Counted from the first letter of the stretch, positions 17,787-27,006 are shown. The stretch: 64,000 nucleotides of DNA from Gemmatimonadaceae bacterium (GCA_051859245.1 JBHYGA010000001.1:64001-128000), one strand, 5' to 3'. A program made the numbers and translations. The notes: generated from the letters alone by a model not told the origin.

Positions 17787-18209
17787 TCATCGCACGCGTC
17801 CGAGTCGAGAGACGGTGATGGTGTCCACCACCGTACCGCGGGCGAGCACCAGGCTGAGATTGGACGCGCCGAAGCCGAGTCCTGAAGGCAAATACGACAT
17901 GGAGTCGCGGGTGGTGGTCAAGGCCACCCCATGTGTGTGCGCGAGGGCGAGCCGCGCCAGTGAGTCGGCGCCGGCGTGCACGGTCAGGCGCCCGTCGGCT
18001 TCGCTCAACCGCACTGCCGTTCGTCGCCCGGCAGCGCCGGCATGCTCGCGGGCCAGCGCGAAGGCGTCTCGCACCGCCCGTGACGCGGCTTGCACGGCGA
18101 GCCGGTCCCGCATGACGCCCACACCTCGGAGTGCGATGGCGAGCACGATGGCGAGCAGCACGATGGCGACGAGTTGATCAATCACGGTGAAGCCGCACGG
18201 GCGGCGCAT
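17787..18209 (-). CDS. Prepilin-type N-terminal cleavage protein (GspH/FimT-like pseudopilin)
   Basis: MRRPCG|FTVIDQLVAIVLLAIVLAIA, AFALAREHA, C-terminal ITVSRLGRVR; GGAGG Shine-Dalgarno before ATG 18209. Confidence 0.75.
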   Translation of the reverse strand: MRRPCGFTVIDQLVAIVLLAIVLAIALRGVGVMRDRLAVQAASRAVRDAFALAREHAGAAGRRTAVRLSEADGRLTVHAGADSLARLALAHTHGVALTTTRDSMSYLPSGLGFGASNLSLVLARGTVVDTITVSRLGRVR

Positions 18210-18324
18210 ACGTTCCTCCAGGACGGGTCTCACGTTATATCCACCAGGAGCGACGAAATCGCGTGACCAGAATCGCGCCGCCCTGAGCATTATCCCGCAC
18301 CCCGCCCTCTCCCTCGGAGTTCGC

Positions 18325-18591
18325 ATGTCGAGCCGTCCGCTGTCCGCCCTTCGTGCCCTGCTCATGGCCGCCGTCGCGCTTTCGTTCACCACGGGCTGCA
18401 AGCAGATCACGAACCCGAACGCCGAGGTCGAGCTGCAGCAGTCGCTCTACGACCTGCAGGACCTGCTCGTGCAGATGCGGGAAGAAACGTCGCTGCTGCA
18501 GTCGCAGGTCGACTCCCTGCAGTTCGTGGTGGCGCGGCAGGACACGGCGCTGCGTCGTATTGCGAACCTGATGGGCGCCCCGCTGCCATAA
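18325..18591 (+). CDS. Small coiled-coil lipoprotein, hypothetical
   Basis: Hydrophobic signal ending TTGC followed by a Leu/Gln heptad pattern; GGAG Shine-Dalgarno. Confidence 0.7.
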   Translation: MSSRPLSALRALLMAAVALSFTTGCKQITNPNAEVELQQSLYDLQDLLVQMREETSLLQSQVDSLQFVVARQDTALRRIANLMGAPLP

Positions 18592-18722
18592 GCGCGACTC
18601 GGCGCTCGACGGCCTCGTTCGCACAACTGTTGCGCAACACGGTGGGCGACGTCGTTGTGGGGGCAGTACATTGCAGCGTCACGACGAATGTCGTGGTCCC
18701 TCAATTCTTCTGACGTTTCGGC

Positions 18723-19802
18723 ATGCGCATCGCAATATCCACCGGGGGCGGAGATGCTCCCGGACTGAACGCAGTAATTCGCGCCGCGGTGCTTTCCGCG
18801 CGCAATCGTGGGTGGGATGTCCTGGGCAGCAAGCGCGGGTACGCGGGCCTGCTCGGTGATGACGACGTCGTACCGCTCAACTCTGAATCCGTGCGCGGCA
18901 TCATGGCGCACGGCGGCACGATTTTGCGCACCACCAATCGCGGCAGTCCATTCGCGTATCCCGTGCGCAACGCGGACGGATCGTGGAGCGAAGTCGATCG
19001 CTCCGATGAAATCATGGAGAACGCGCGCAATCTTGGCATTGATGCGCTGATCTCCATCGGTGGTGACGGTTCGCTCGCCATTGCCCAGCGTCTCGTGGAT
19101 AAAGGCATGCGCATTGTGGGTGTGCCGAAAACCATCGACAACGATGTCTCCGGTACGGTCATGACATTCGGCTTCGATACCGCGGTGAACACCGCGATCG
19201 AAGCGATTGACAAGTTGCATACGACTGCCGAAAGCCATGATCGTGTGATGGTGCTCGAGGTCATGGGCCGCGACGCCGGTTTCATTGCGCTCTACGCGGG
19301 CATTGCGGGCACCGCCGATGTCATCCTTGTGCCCGAGATTCCGTGGGCCATGGACAAAGTGTGCGAAAAGATTCGCGCCCGTGATGCCGCCGGTCGCCGC
19401 TTCAGCATTGTGGTGGTGGCGGAAGGTGTGACCATGCCCAGCGGAGACGTGGGTGTGATGGGCGAATCGTTGCCGGGGCAGATGAAACGTGTGGGCGGCG
19501 TGGCCGACACGATCGCGCGCGAGATTCAGGAGCGCACCGGCAAGGAAACCCGGTCGCTGGTGCTGGGGCACTTGCAGCGTGGTGGCTCGCCCACCGGCTA
19601 TGATCGCTTGCTCGCGACCCGATTTGGTGGCGCGGCGGTTGAAGCCGTGGCCGCCAAGAAGTGGGGGCACATGGTGGCGCTGCAATCGCCGCATATCGTG
19701 ACGATCCCGATTGTCGAGGTTCTGAAGGAGAGCAAACGCGTGGAGCCGGACCACGATGTGGTGCGCACGGCGCGCGCGGTTGGGATCAGCTTTGGTGACT
19801 GA
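18723..19802 (+). CDS. pfkA: 6-phosphofructokinase (group III type)
   Basis: TGGGDAPGLNA, GGTIL, IGGDGS, PKTIDND, EVMGR, LGHLQRGG. Confidence 0.95.
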   Translation: MRIAISTGGGDAPGLNAVIRAAVLSARNRGWDVLGSKRGYAGLLGDDDVVPLNSESVRGIMAHGGTILRTTNRGSPFAYPVRNADGSWSEVDRSDEIMENARNLGIDALISIGGDGSLAIAQRLVDKGMRIVGVPKTIDNDVSGTVMTFGFDTAVNTAIEAIDKLHTTAESHDRVMVLEVMGRDAGFIALYAGIAGTADVILVPEIPWAMDKVCEKIRARDAAGRRFSIVVVAEGVTMPSGDVGVMGESLPGQMKRVGGVADTIAREIQERTGKETRSLVLGHLQRGGSPTGYDRLLATRFGGAAVEAVAAKKWGHMVALQSPHIVTIPIVEVLKESKRVEPDHDVVRTARAVGISFGD

Positions 19803-19948
19803 GGGGTAGGAGCAGTCGAACGCTGGCAGAGCGTCTCCCTAGTGGGACGCGAGTGTCCCGCAGGCGGGACGTCGATGGGACCGGCCAATTGGTGCACGCC
19901 CCGCTTGTACAGAGGGGAAATCGGCTGATTCGCTGGCGAGCTCAGCGT

Positions 19949-19964
19949 TGGCACGGCTTCTGCG
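19949..19964 (+). promoter_or_regulatory. Putative sigma54 (-24/-12) promoter
   Basis: TGGCACGGCTTCTGCG with correct GG/GC spacing, about 65 bp before ATG 20031; GTCCCGC-AG-GCGGGAC palindrome upstream at 19855-19870. Confidence 0.65.
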
Positions 19965-20030
19965 TTGACTATTGGTGTGGCGTCCGCGTCATCAATGGGG
20001 ATGGAGCAGGGCGTCTCGCTGGAGGAAATC

Positions 20031-21017
20031 ATGGTACGTCTATTTTTGCGTCGAACACTGATCGCTGGCGGACTGCTGGTCGCGGTGAGCGTTCCCATGG
20101 AACGTTCGGCCGCGCAATCGGCGGGCGCATCGCGCGTAGCTGCTGACAGCGTGCCGAAGGAGTTTCTTCCGCCCGCCGACATGTGCCGGATCTGGTTGGA
20201 CGGCGTGCCCGCCACGCAGCAGCCGGCTCCCACAGAGTGCAGCTTGGCCGTGCGCAACAAGCCACCCAACGGCAAGGTGATCTACGGCCCCAAGAAAGCC
20301 GGTGCGTCGGGCAAGGGGCTCACCGATGTACCGATCAAGCGATTCGACAACAAAACCACACCCAAACCGCCCATCAAGATTCCCGGGCGGCCTGATGTGA
20401 GCGACGCAGGTCGTGAACCGTGGGAAGCGAAGCGCGTGACGGATGAGCAGTTGTACGGCGACCGGCAGGGGAACCTGCCGGTTTCGTCGTCTGGTGGGTT
20501 TGGCCCGCCAGGGGGCGCGAACGGCACCTTCGACGCGTACGTCGGTCAGGGCGGGCTGCTCTTGGGTACGGGGCCGATGGTTGATCCGCGCTATTTCTCC
20601 GGCAACACGCCGCCGCCGGGCCGCGGCTCCACCACGTGTCTTGATCGTGATGGTGACGGCTGGTGCGACGACTTCCGATTCGGTCCGCCGCCGTGTCTGG
20701 ATCGCGATAAAGATGGGCGCTGCGATGACCTGCCGGCCTTTGCGTCGCAGCCGTATCCGCAGGTGCTGCCGCGCATGCAGGCCGCTGTTGATGTGGTGCA
20801 GGGGCGTGCCAGCGTGGAAGTGGCGCAGTGGCTTGGTACGAACGAGTTTGTGGCCCGTTTGCCAGACCAGGGTCGTGGCACACCGTGGCGCGCGATCTTT
20901 CTCGATGCCAACAGCAATCAGCTCATGCAGGTCTGGACTGACCGCAACAAAGACGGGCTGGTTGATCGCGTCGAAGTCTTTCGCGACGGACAACGGGTCA
21001 AGCTGATACAGCGCTAA
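20031..21017 (+). CDS. Secreted Pro/Gly-rich hypothetical protein with Cys-flanked DxDxDG repeats
   Basis: GGAGG Shine-Dalgarno, signal peptide, LPPADMCRIW motif, CLDRDGDGWCDD and CLDRDKDGRCDD, DRNKDG. Confidence 0.7.
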   Translation: MVRLFLRRTLIAGGLLVAVSVPMERSAAQSAGASRVAADSVPKEFLPPADMCRIWLDGVPATQQPAPTECSLAVRNKPPNGKVIYGPKKAGASGKGLTDVPIKRFDNKTTPKPPIKIPGRPDVSDAGREPWEAKRVTDEQLYGDRQGNLPVSSSGGFGPPGGANGTFDAYVGQGGLLLGTGPMVDPRYFSGNTPPPGRGSTTCLDRDGDGWCDDFRFGPPPCLDRDKDGRCDDLPAFASQPYPQVLPRMQAAVDVVQGRASVEVAQWLGTNEFVARLPDQGRGTPWRAIFLDANSNQLMQVWTDRNKDGLVDRVEVFRDGQRVKLIQR

Positions 21018-21042
21018 CGTGCGAGGCCGTTAGCTTACGGCT

Positions 21043-23793
21043 GTGCGCACTGTCTACGACCGCTATCTGCCAATCGACCGCGACGCATTTGTCGCGGCCA
21101 AACCGAGTACCGGTCGCGTAATTGTGATCGCACCCACGCGCGCCGCGTGTGAGACGATTGAACTCGCGGTTGGGCTGCATATCGACACGTTCCTTGAGCG
21201 CACACGCGGCGAAGATTTGCGTCGCCTGGCGGGCAGTGGATCAGGCTTCGGTATTGTTGCGGGCACGGGCACCGGAAAAACGCTCGCCATTCGCCCGATC
21301 GCCGAAACGATACTCGGCACGACCGCGCTGAAAGTTGGCGTGATTAACCGTGAGCGCGAAGCCACGCCGGAAACGCCCGGGTGGAACGTGATTATCGTGA
21401 CCACCGGCATCGCGCGTCGCTGGTTTCAGGACGGCGACATTCTGCCGCAGGACACGCTCATCGTTGACGAGATTCACCAAACGAGCGCTGAGCTTGAACT
21501 GTGCCTGGCGCTCGGCAAGCGCACCGGGTGTCGATTTATCTGGTTGTCGGCCACGGTCGATCCCACGTTCTATTCGCGCTACCTTGAAAGTGCCGAAGTG
21601 CTTGCCGTTACGGCGTTCGATGCGCAGAAAGCGGCGACCGTTGATGTGGTGCGCAAACAACCCGTTGAGTTTCTCGACGATGGGTTCTTGCGCAAAGCGG
21701 TGAAAGCAGGGCGCGGGATTGCGATGTTCCTGCCAACACGTGCGATGGTGGAAGAAGCGGCGGCCTGGGTGCAATCGCGCTATCCCACGATTGCGGCCGC
21801 GCACTATCACGGCGGCGAACCGATTCGCGTGATCCGGCCGTTTCTGGAAGGTGAAGTCAAGAAGCCGTTTTTTCTGTCCATGACGGCGGCGGGACAGAGC
21901 GCGCTCAATGTCCCGGGGCTCGACACGGTAATCATTGATGATTCGCGCTTTACCAATGTGATCATGCGCGGGCGCAATGTGCTCACGCGCACGCATCTTG
22001 GCTCGAACGAAATTCTGCAGATGGCGGGACGTGTGCACGGCCGTGTGGCCGGTGGACGTGTGCACATTCTCAGTGATCGCGATATTCACTTCGCATCACT
22101 CAAGCCAACGGAACCGGAGTTTCAGCTGGCCGGTGATTCCGAGCGCGTCGCACTGACATGCGCCGGACTCGGCGTGCGGGCCGATGATCTCGAGTTACCG
22201 GTGCCGCTTGATCGCGCGGCGTATCGGAACGCGCTTTCGTTGCTTGAATCGCGTGGGTTGGTCGAAGCCGGTCGTCTCACGGATTACGGCCGCGCCGTAG
22301 AAGCCTTGCCCGTAGAGCGGGCGTGGGGCGAGCTGATTGTACACGGCGAAGATGAGTTGCTGCCGTACCTCACCGTGATGAGCGGTATTGAATCGCTGCA
22401 TCGCATGACGCGTGATGATCGCAATCTCGAAGGATTGGTGATTCACGGCAGTGATCACCTCACGGCGTACAACCTGTACGCCGAGGCGTTCGCGGAAGCT
22501 GGCCACGTGGGTGAAGTGTATGGCCTCGCGCGTCACCTGTTTGACGCCGAACGCATTGAGTTGTGGGCGGAGCGTCGTGGTGTGCTGGTCAAGTCGCTCG
22601 AAGATGCCGCGCTGGCCATGGCGAGTGTGTATCGCAGTGTGAGTCGTCCGCTGCCGTCAACGATGCCACTGGCGCGCGAGCACACGTTGCGCCGTTTTCA
22701 GGATTTGCTCGCGGAGTTCATGCCGTTTGATCTGGTGATCGACGAGCAGACAATTGACGGGCAGAGCGCGCGCGTTTCGCGCACGAGCGTGTGTGGTAGT
22801 TGGGGAGCGGTCGCGGGTTCGCTGCGATTCTTCGCCGATCGGTTTGGTGTGCCACGCGCCGGTATTGAAGGAACGCAGTTATCCCTCGATCTCATCCGGC
22901 GACACGCGCATCGCCATGCGCCTGAGCTGGTGCTTGACCCATCGCGCGGTCACACACCGATTGTTGAACGTCGACGTGTGTCGTACTTCGGATTTGAGCT
23001 GTCGCGCGAATCGGAACCGCTGCGGGATTGGAATGGCGAGCATGCGGCACGAGCGCGCGACCTTGTCGCCGAAGGGCTGGCTTCCGGCCAGCTTCGCCAC
23101 CATGCGGTGAAGCGCAATCACGCCGCCATTGAAGAAGTGCGTGAAGTGTGGCGCCGGCTGGGTGGTACAACGCGACGCCTGGGTCAGGCCGAACTCGCGG
23201 CGTGGTATCGCGCGCAGCTGAATGATGTGAACAACTGGGAAGAGGTGCGTCGTCTCGCGATGGCGCTGGATGTACGCGAGTTCGTGTCGGATGCGGATCG
23301 TGCGCGAGCGGCCGCCATGCCCGACGAAGTATTGATCCGTGACCGTGGCGTTTCGCTCGAGTATGATGTCGATGTGGCGGCCGACGGCACGATGAGTTCC
23401 TCGGTTCGACTGCGGTTGCCGGAGAAGCTTGCGCGTACGTTGTCAGTGGAAGAAGTGCCCACGCTGACCGGCGTGCTGGCGGGCCGTCCGCTGCGATTTG
23501 TAGTTACGCGTGGACAGCGCGGAGCAGTGCGTGCGGATTCACTGCACGAGTTGCAAGACAAACTCGACGCGCCGTGGACGGACGAAGAAATCGCGGCGCA
23601 CGCGCGGGCGCGTGATCAGAAGCGCGAAGCGTACCGTCAGGAAGGCCAGCGCCGCGGTGAGCGCGGGCGTGGTGGGCCGGGGCACGGTGGCCCGGGGCAC
23701 GGTGGCCCGGGGCGAGGCGGCTCCGGTGGCCCTGGACGCGGCGGGTCGGGTGGCCGCGGAAAGCCACGCAGTCCAAAGCGCCGCGGGCGCTAG
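21043..23793 (+). CDS. Divergent SF2 DEAH/RHA-like (HrpA/HrpB-related) helicase with a Gly/Arg-rich tail
   Basis: AGTGTGKT, TTG, DEIH, LSAT, MFLP, QSALNVPG, QMAGRVHGR, GRLTDYGR winged-helix segment. Confidence 0.85.
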   Translation: MRTVYDRYLPIDRDAFVAAKPSTGRVIVIAPTRAACETIELAVGLHIDTFLERTRGEDLRRLAGSGSGFGIVAGTGTGKTLAIRPIAETILGTTALKVGVINREREATPETPGWNVIIVTTGIARRWFQDGDILPQDTLIVDEIHQTSAELELCLALGKRTGCRFIWLSATVDPTFYSRYLESAEVLAVTAFDAQKAATVDVVRKQPVEFLDDGFLRKAVKAGRGIAMFLPTRAMVEEAAAWVQSRYPTIAAAHYHGGEPIRVIRPFLEGEVKKPFFLSMTAAGQSALNVPGLDTVIIDDSRFTNVIMRGRNVLTRTHLGSNEILQMAGRVHGRVAGGRVHILSDRDIHFASLKPTEPEFQLAGDSERVALTCAGLGVRADDLELPVPLDRAAYRNALSLLESRGLVEAGRLTDYGRAVEALPVERAWGELIVHGEDELLPYLTVMSGIESLHRMTRDDRNLEGLVIHGSDHLTAYNLYAEAFAEAGHVGEVYGLARHLFDAERIELWAERRGVLVKSLEDAALAMASVYRSVSRPLPSTMPLAREHTLRRFQDLLAEFMPFDLVIDEQTIDGQSARVSRTSVCGSWGAVAGSLRFFADRFGVPRAGIEGTQLSLDLIRRHAHRHAPELVLDPSRGHTPIVERRRVSYFGFELSRESEPLRDWNGEHAARARDLVAEGLASGQLRHHAVKRNHAAIEEVREVWRRLGGTTRRLGQAELAAWYRAQLNDVNNWEEVRRLAMALDVREFVSDADRARAAAMPDEVLIRDRGVSLEYDVDVAADGTMSSSVRLRLPEKLARTLSVEEVPTLTGVLAGRPLRFVVTRGQRGAVRADSLHELQDKLDAPWTDEEIAAHARARDQKREAYRQEGQRRGERGRGGPGHGGPGHGGPGRGGSGGPGRGGSGGRGKPRSPKRRGR
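23671..23715 (+). repeat. Three 15-bp coding tandem repeats (GGPGH/GGPGR)
   Basis: ggtgggccggggcac ggtggcccggggcac ggtggcccggggcga. Confidence 0.85.
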
Positions 23794-23972
23794 GCCTCCG
23801 ATCTGCGACGTCGGACTACGTGTCCGACCGGAAAACTCACTGTGCATTCCACTTGCCGACAGTACTGCGGCAGTGCTATGTCACGGTCGTGCATCATTTC
23901 GCGCCGCAGTTCGCACAGTCGACTCGTAAGTCGTTGCTAGAAAGCGTGTTACCGTTACTTGCGCGCTGGCTC

Positions 23973-24001
23973 TTGCGCTTTGGACTACTCAGTCCTACTT
24001 T
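23973..24001 (+). promoter_or_regulatory. sigma70-type promoter with a palindromic operator in the spacer (likely TetR autoregulation)
   Basis: TTGCGC-N17-TACTTT; GGACT-actc-AGTCC at 23982-23995; ATG 9 bp after the -10 box. Confidence 0.6.
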
Positions 24002-24010
24002 CACTTCACG

Positions 24011-24622
24011 ATGTCTGACAGACGCCTCCAAATACTCGATGCCGCCGCGACACTGATCGCGGAACGGGGATACACGTCCACTTCGGTGGATGATGTCATT
24101 CGCGGCGCGAAGCTCAGCGGCAAGAGCCACTTCTACCACTACTTCCGATCCAAGGAAGAACTGGGTTACGAAGTGCTCAACCGGCAGTTTGAGCGATTTG
24201 CCGAACGCGGTCTCGCCATCCTGCGCGAGCCGATGATCGATCCGCTCGAACGACTCTCGCTGTTCATTGACGCCGTCGTCGCGCTGCAGGCTGAGCGCGG
24301 CGGGCGCGGCGGGTCACCGTTTGGCAACCTCGCCGCCGAGCTGGCAGATGCGCACGAAGGCTTCCGCATCCGAATCGAGGCCGTGTTCGAACGCTGGGCT
24401 AGTCAGATCCGATCGCTGTTGTGGGAAGCGCGTCCGCAGCTGAATGATGATGTGGACGCCGTACGACTCTCGCGGTTCATCATTGCGACGCTGGAAGGCG
24501 CCGTGCTCATGACGCGAGTGAAGCGGGACCTGGGTGTGCTCGAGGGCATCGCGATTGATCTCAAGCGATTCATCGGCACCCATGTGCGAGACGGCGGGGC
24601 CGTAGTCGCGTTGCACGGGTGA
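24011..24622 (+). CDS. TetR/AcrR family regulator (NemR/LmrA-like C-terminus)
   Basis: ILDAAATLIAERGYTSTSVDDV...FYHYFRSKEEL helix-turn-helix; GSPFGNLAAEL; LEGAVL. Confidence 0.92.
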   Translation: MSDRRLQILDAAATLIAERGYTSTSVDDVIRGAKLSGKSHFYHYFRSKEELGYEVLNRQFERFAERGLAILREPMIDPLERLSLFIDAVVALQAERGGRGGSPFGNLAAELADAHEGFRIRIEAVFERWASQIRSLLWEARPQLNDDVDAVRLSRFIIATLEGAVLMTRVKRDLGVLEGIAIDLKRFIGTHVRDGGAVVALHG

Positions 24623-24729
24623 TGTGGGTGGTGGTCCAGCACGCAGGTTCGCGACGCGTCGGTCGCGGGACTACGGAGCTGGCAACGGGTGGAATGGCCA
24701 CGGGTAGCGTGGCCAGGGAGCGAAACGCG

Positions 24730-25413
24730 ATGGGAACGAGCAGCGAATCGATGGTGCGTCAGCCGGATGAGCTGGAAGTCGCCGTTGAGATTGCCACGGA
24801 AACGTCGGCCGCGTCGTCAGCGGACCGTGTCGCGCGCCGCGCGCAGTTTGAACGCGAGGCGTTAGTGCATTTGGACGCGCTCTACTCCTTTGCGCTCAAA
24901 CTTGCCCGCTCGCGAGACGACGCCGAAGATCTCGTGAGCGACACCATGCTGCGCGCGATTGAACGCTGGGAACAGTACCACCTCGGCACGAACATCCGTG
25001 CCTGGCTCTTCACGATTCTCTACCACGTCTTTGTGAGCCGCAAGCGCCGCATTGACGCGCGTGAAGTGCAGCAGCCGGAAGACACCGAGGGCTGGGCGCT
25101 GTTCGAAGCGGTTGGTGAAGCCGATCCGGAAGGACGTTTCTATGATTCGTTCCTCGATGACGAAATCACACGCGCCATTCGCGCGCTTCCGGAAGAATAT
25201 CGTGCCGCCGTGGTGCTCAGCGATCTGCAGGGATTGCGATACGCCGAGATCGCGGAGGCGCTCGGTGTGCCCGAGGGCACGGTGAAGTCGCGCCTCTTTC
25301 GCGGCCGTCGCATTCTGCAGAAGAAGCTGGCGGGTTATGCCGTGGATATGGGCTACATCAAGCCGTCGTCCATTGTTGACCGCTCGCCCGCGCTTCAAAC
25401 CGCTTCGCTGTAA
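24730..25413 (+). CDS. ECF RNA polymerase sigma factor (SigH/SigR-like)
   Basis: DAEDLVSDT, GTNIRAWLFTI, LPEEYRAAVVL, YAEIAEALGVPEGTVKSRLFRGR; GGGAG Shine-Dalgarno before ATG 24730 (ORF open from 24619). Confidence 0.92.
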   Translation: MGTSSESMVRQPDELEVAVEIATETSAASSADRVARRAQFEREALVHLDALYSFALKLARSRDDAEDLVSDTMLRAIERWEQYHLGTNIRAWLFTILYHVFVSRKRRIDAREVQQPEDTEGWALFEAVGEADPEGRFYDSFLDDEITRAIRALPEEYRAAVVLSDLQGLRYAEIAEALGVPEGTVKSRLFRGRRILQKKLAGYAVDMGYIKPSSIVDRSPALQTASL

Positions 25414-25420
25414 GTTCGCG

Positions 25421-26257
25421 TTAGTTGATTCCGAGCGCGCCCGCCGCACGACTCAGTTCGGCGAGCGCGCGCTCAACCGTTCCACTCCACTGCTGCAGTC
25501 TCGTGCGCAACGCGGTCAGCTCGCCGCTCGTGTCCTGCGCCTGCATCACGGCGGCGTCGCGCTCCTGTTCGAGCAACGCGAGTCGCTCTCGCAACTGCAG
25601 TAGCTGCGCGCGTTCTTTTTCCAGTGACAACACGCGCTCACGCAACGTGGCCGCCGTCTCCTGGAGTCGCGCCAACTCGGTCACGGCCATCGACGCGGCG
25701 CGTCGCTGCTGAACGGCTTCGTCCACCGTTTCCTGGTGCACCGATGTGAGCACTGCCATGCGCTCACGCAGCGTGCTCACTTCAGCTTCGATCAGTTCGC
25801 GCGCGCGCTCCGATTCTTCGAGCAAGGTATGCACCGCAGCTCGCGTGCGCGTTTGAAACTCGCACATCGCGCGCCAACTGTCGCGCTCCTGAATCAGGGC
25901 TCGCCGCGTCGCGAGATCGCGACCGAGAATTTCGCGCAAGCGGGTGAGTCGCGCCACGAGCGACCCGTTGCCGTTGACACGCGTGGCCTCGCCCAGCAGC
26001 AACAGCGCGTCCTGAATCTCACGATCCAGCACCTGGGCGCGTTCCGCCTGTTCATCACGTGCGCGTCGCGTTTCGTCGAGCGTGGTCAGTGCTTCGCGCA
26101 ACGCACGCAACTCAACGGCAATGCGCCGCACGCCGCGCGCTTCGCCTTCGGCCACGAGCCAACGCAGCGATGCCACGAACCCTCGCTCAAGCGTTGGATC
26201 AGGGGTGTGCCGGGGAATGCCAGGCACCGGGCGCTCGGGAGTGCGTCGTGCGTCCAC
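25421..26257 (-). CDS. Hypothetical coiled-coil protein
   Basis: Long Glu/Arg/Leu/Ala heptad pattern; GTG start immediately after the CGNR gene stop. Confidence 0.7.
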   Translation of the reverse strand: MDARRTPERPVPGIPRHTPDPTLERGFVASLRWLVAEGEARGVRRIAVELRALREALTTLDETRRARDEQAERAQVLDREIQDALLLLGEATRVNGNGSLVARLTRLREILGRDLATRRALIQERDSWRAMCEFQTRTRAAVHTLLEESERARELIEAEVSTLRERMAVLTSVHQETVDEAVQQRRAASMAVTELARLQETAATLRERVLSLEKERAQLLQLRERLALLEQERDAAVMQAQDTSGELTALRTRLQQWSGTVERALAELSRAAGALGIN

Positions 26258-26258
26258 G

Positions 26259-26957
26259 CTACCTGACGGAGAGATCCGAGACGTTGGTGCCCGCGCGCGG
26301 CATCGCGTCGCCAGAGCGAATGCGTGCGCGATGGCGGGCCGCTTTGGCCCGGTTCCCGCACGTTCCCATATCGCACCATCGACGCGTGCCGTTGCGCGAG
26401 GTGTCGAGAAACACGCGCGAGCAGCGGGTGTCTGCGCACCGTCGCACGCGTGGCAGTTCGTTGATCACCAGCGCATCAGCGGCCGACTCCACAATGGGAA
26501 TCATGAGGCCGGCGAACGCGTCACCGGTGGGTACGAACACGCGCACAAACTCACCGTCTTCCCGCTGATCCACGCGTCGCGTACCGGTGGATCGCCCGAG
26601 CACGCGATTGATTTCGGCCACCGCGTCGTCGCGCACTCGCGCGGACAGGGCACCGCGTTCGGCGAGTGCCCGTAGCGCTACGCGCACACGACGTGCGTCG
26701 ACGAGCGTGGCAGACGCGGCGGCAGGCTGCAGCAACGCGCGACGACTCAAGCCGGAGGCTCGTTCGAGGTCGACCACGCCGCGCTCCACAAGCCAACGCA
26801 CCAGATTGCTGAAGTCGCGAAGCAAGTCACCGCGTGGCACGGGCGACGCGGTGTCAGTGTTGACGAACTCGAGCCATAGGCGAGTGCGCGGCGCGCTCCC
26901 AGCGGGGGATCGCGCCTCATCGGAGGCTCGCGAGAGCGCAGAAGAGGATGCGTGCAT
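26259..26957 (-). CDS. ABATE/CGNR zinc-finger protein
   Basis: LEFVNT, RVRRCADTRCSRVFLDTSRNGTRRWCDMGTCGNRAKAARHR. Confidence 0.92.
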   Translation of the reverse strand: MHASSSALSRASDEARSPAGSAPRTRLWLEFVNTDTASPVPRGDLLRDFSNLVRWLVERGVVDLERASGLSRRALLQPAAASATLVDARRVRVALRALAERGALSARVRDDAVAEINRVLGRSTGTRRVDQREDGEFVRVFVPTGDAFAGLMIPIVESAADALVINELPRVRRCADTRCSRVFLDTSRNGTRRWCDMGTCGNRAKAARHRARIRSGDAMPRAGTNVSDLSVR

Positions 26958-27006
26958 GCAGTGTGGGCTACGTTACTCGCATACGTGCCTGCAAGCAAGC
27001 ATTTTC

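Noticed and set aside
11950..19754. Long minus-strand ORFs (11950-13206, 16540-17790, 18447-19754)
   Set aside because: Antisense to the kinase, DEAD helicase and pfkA; no domain signal
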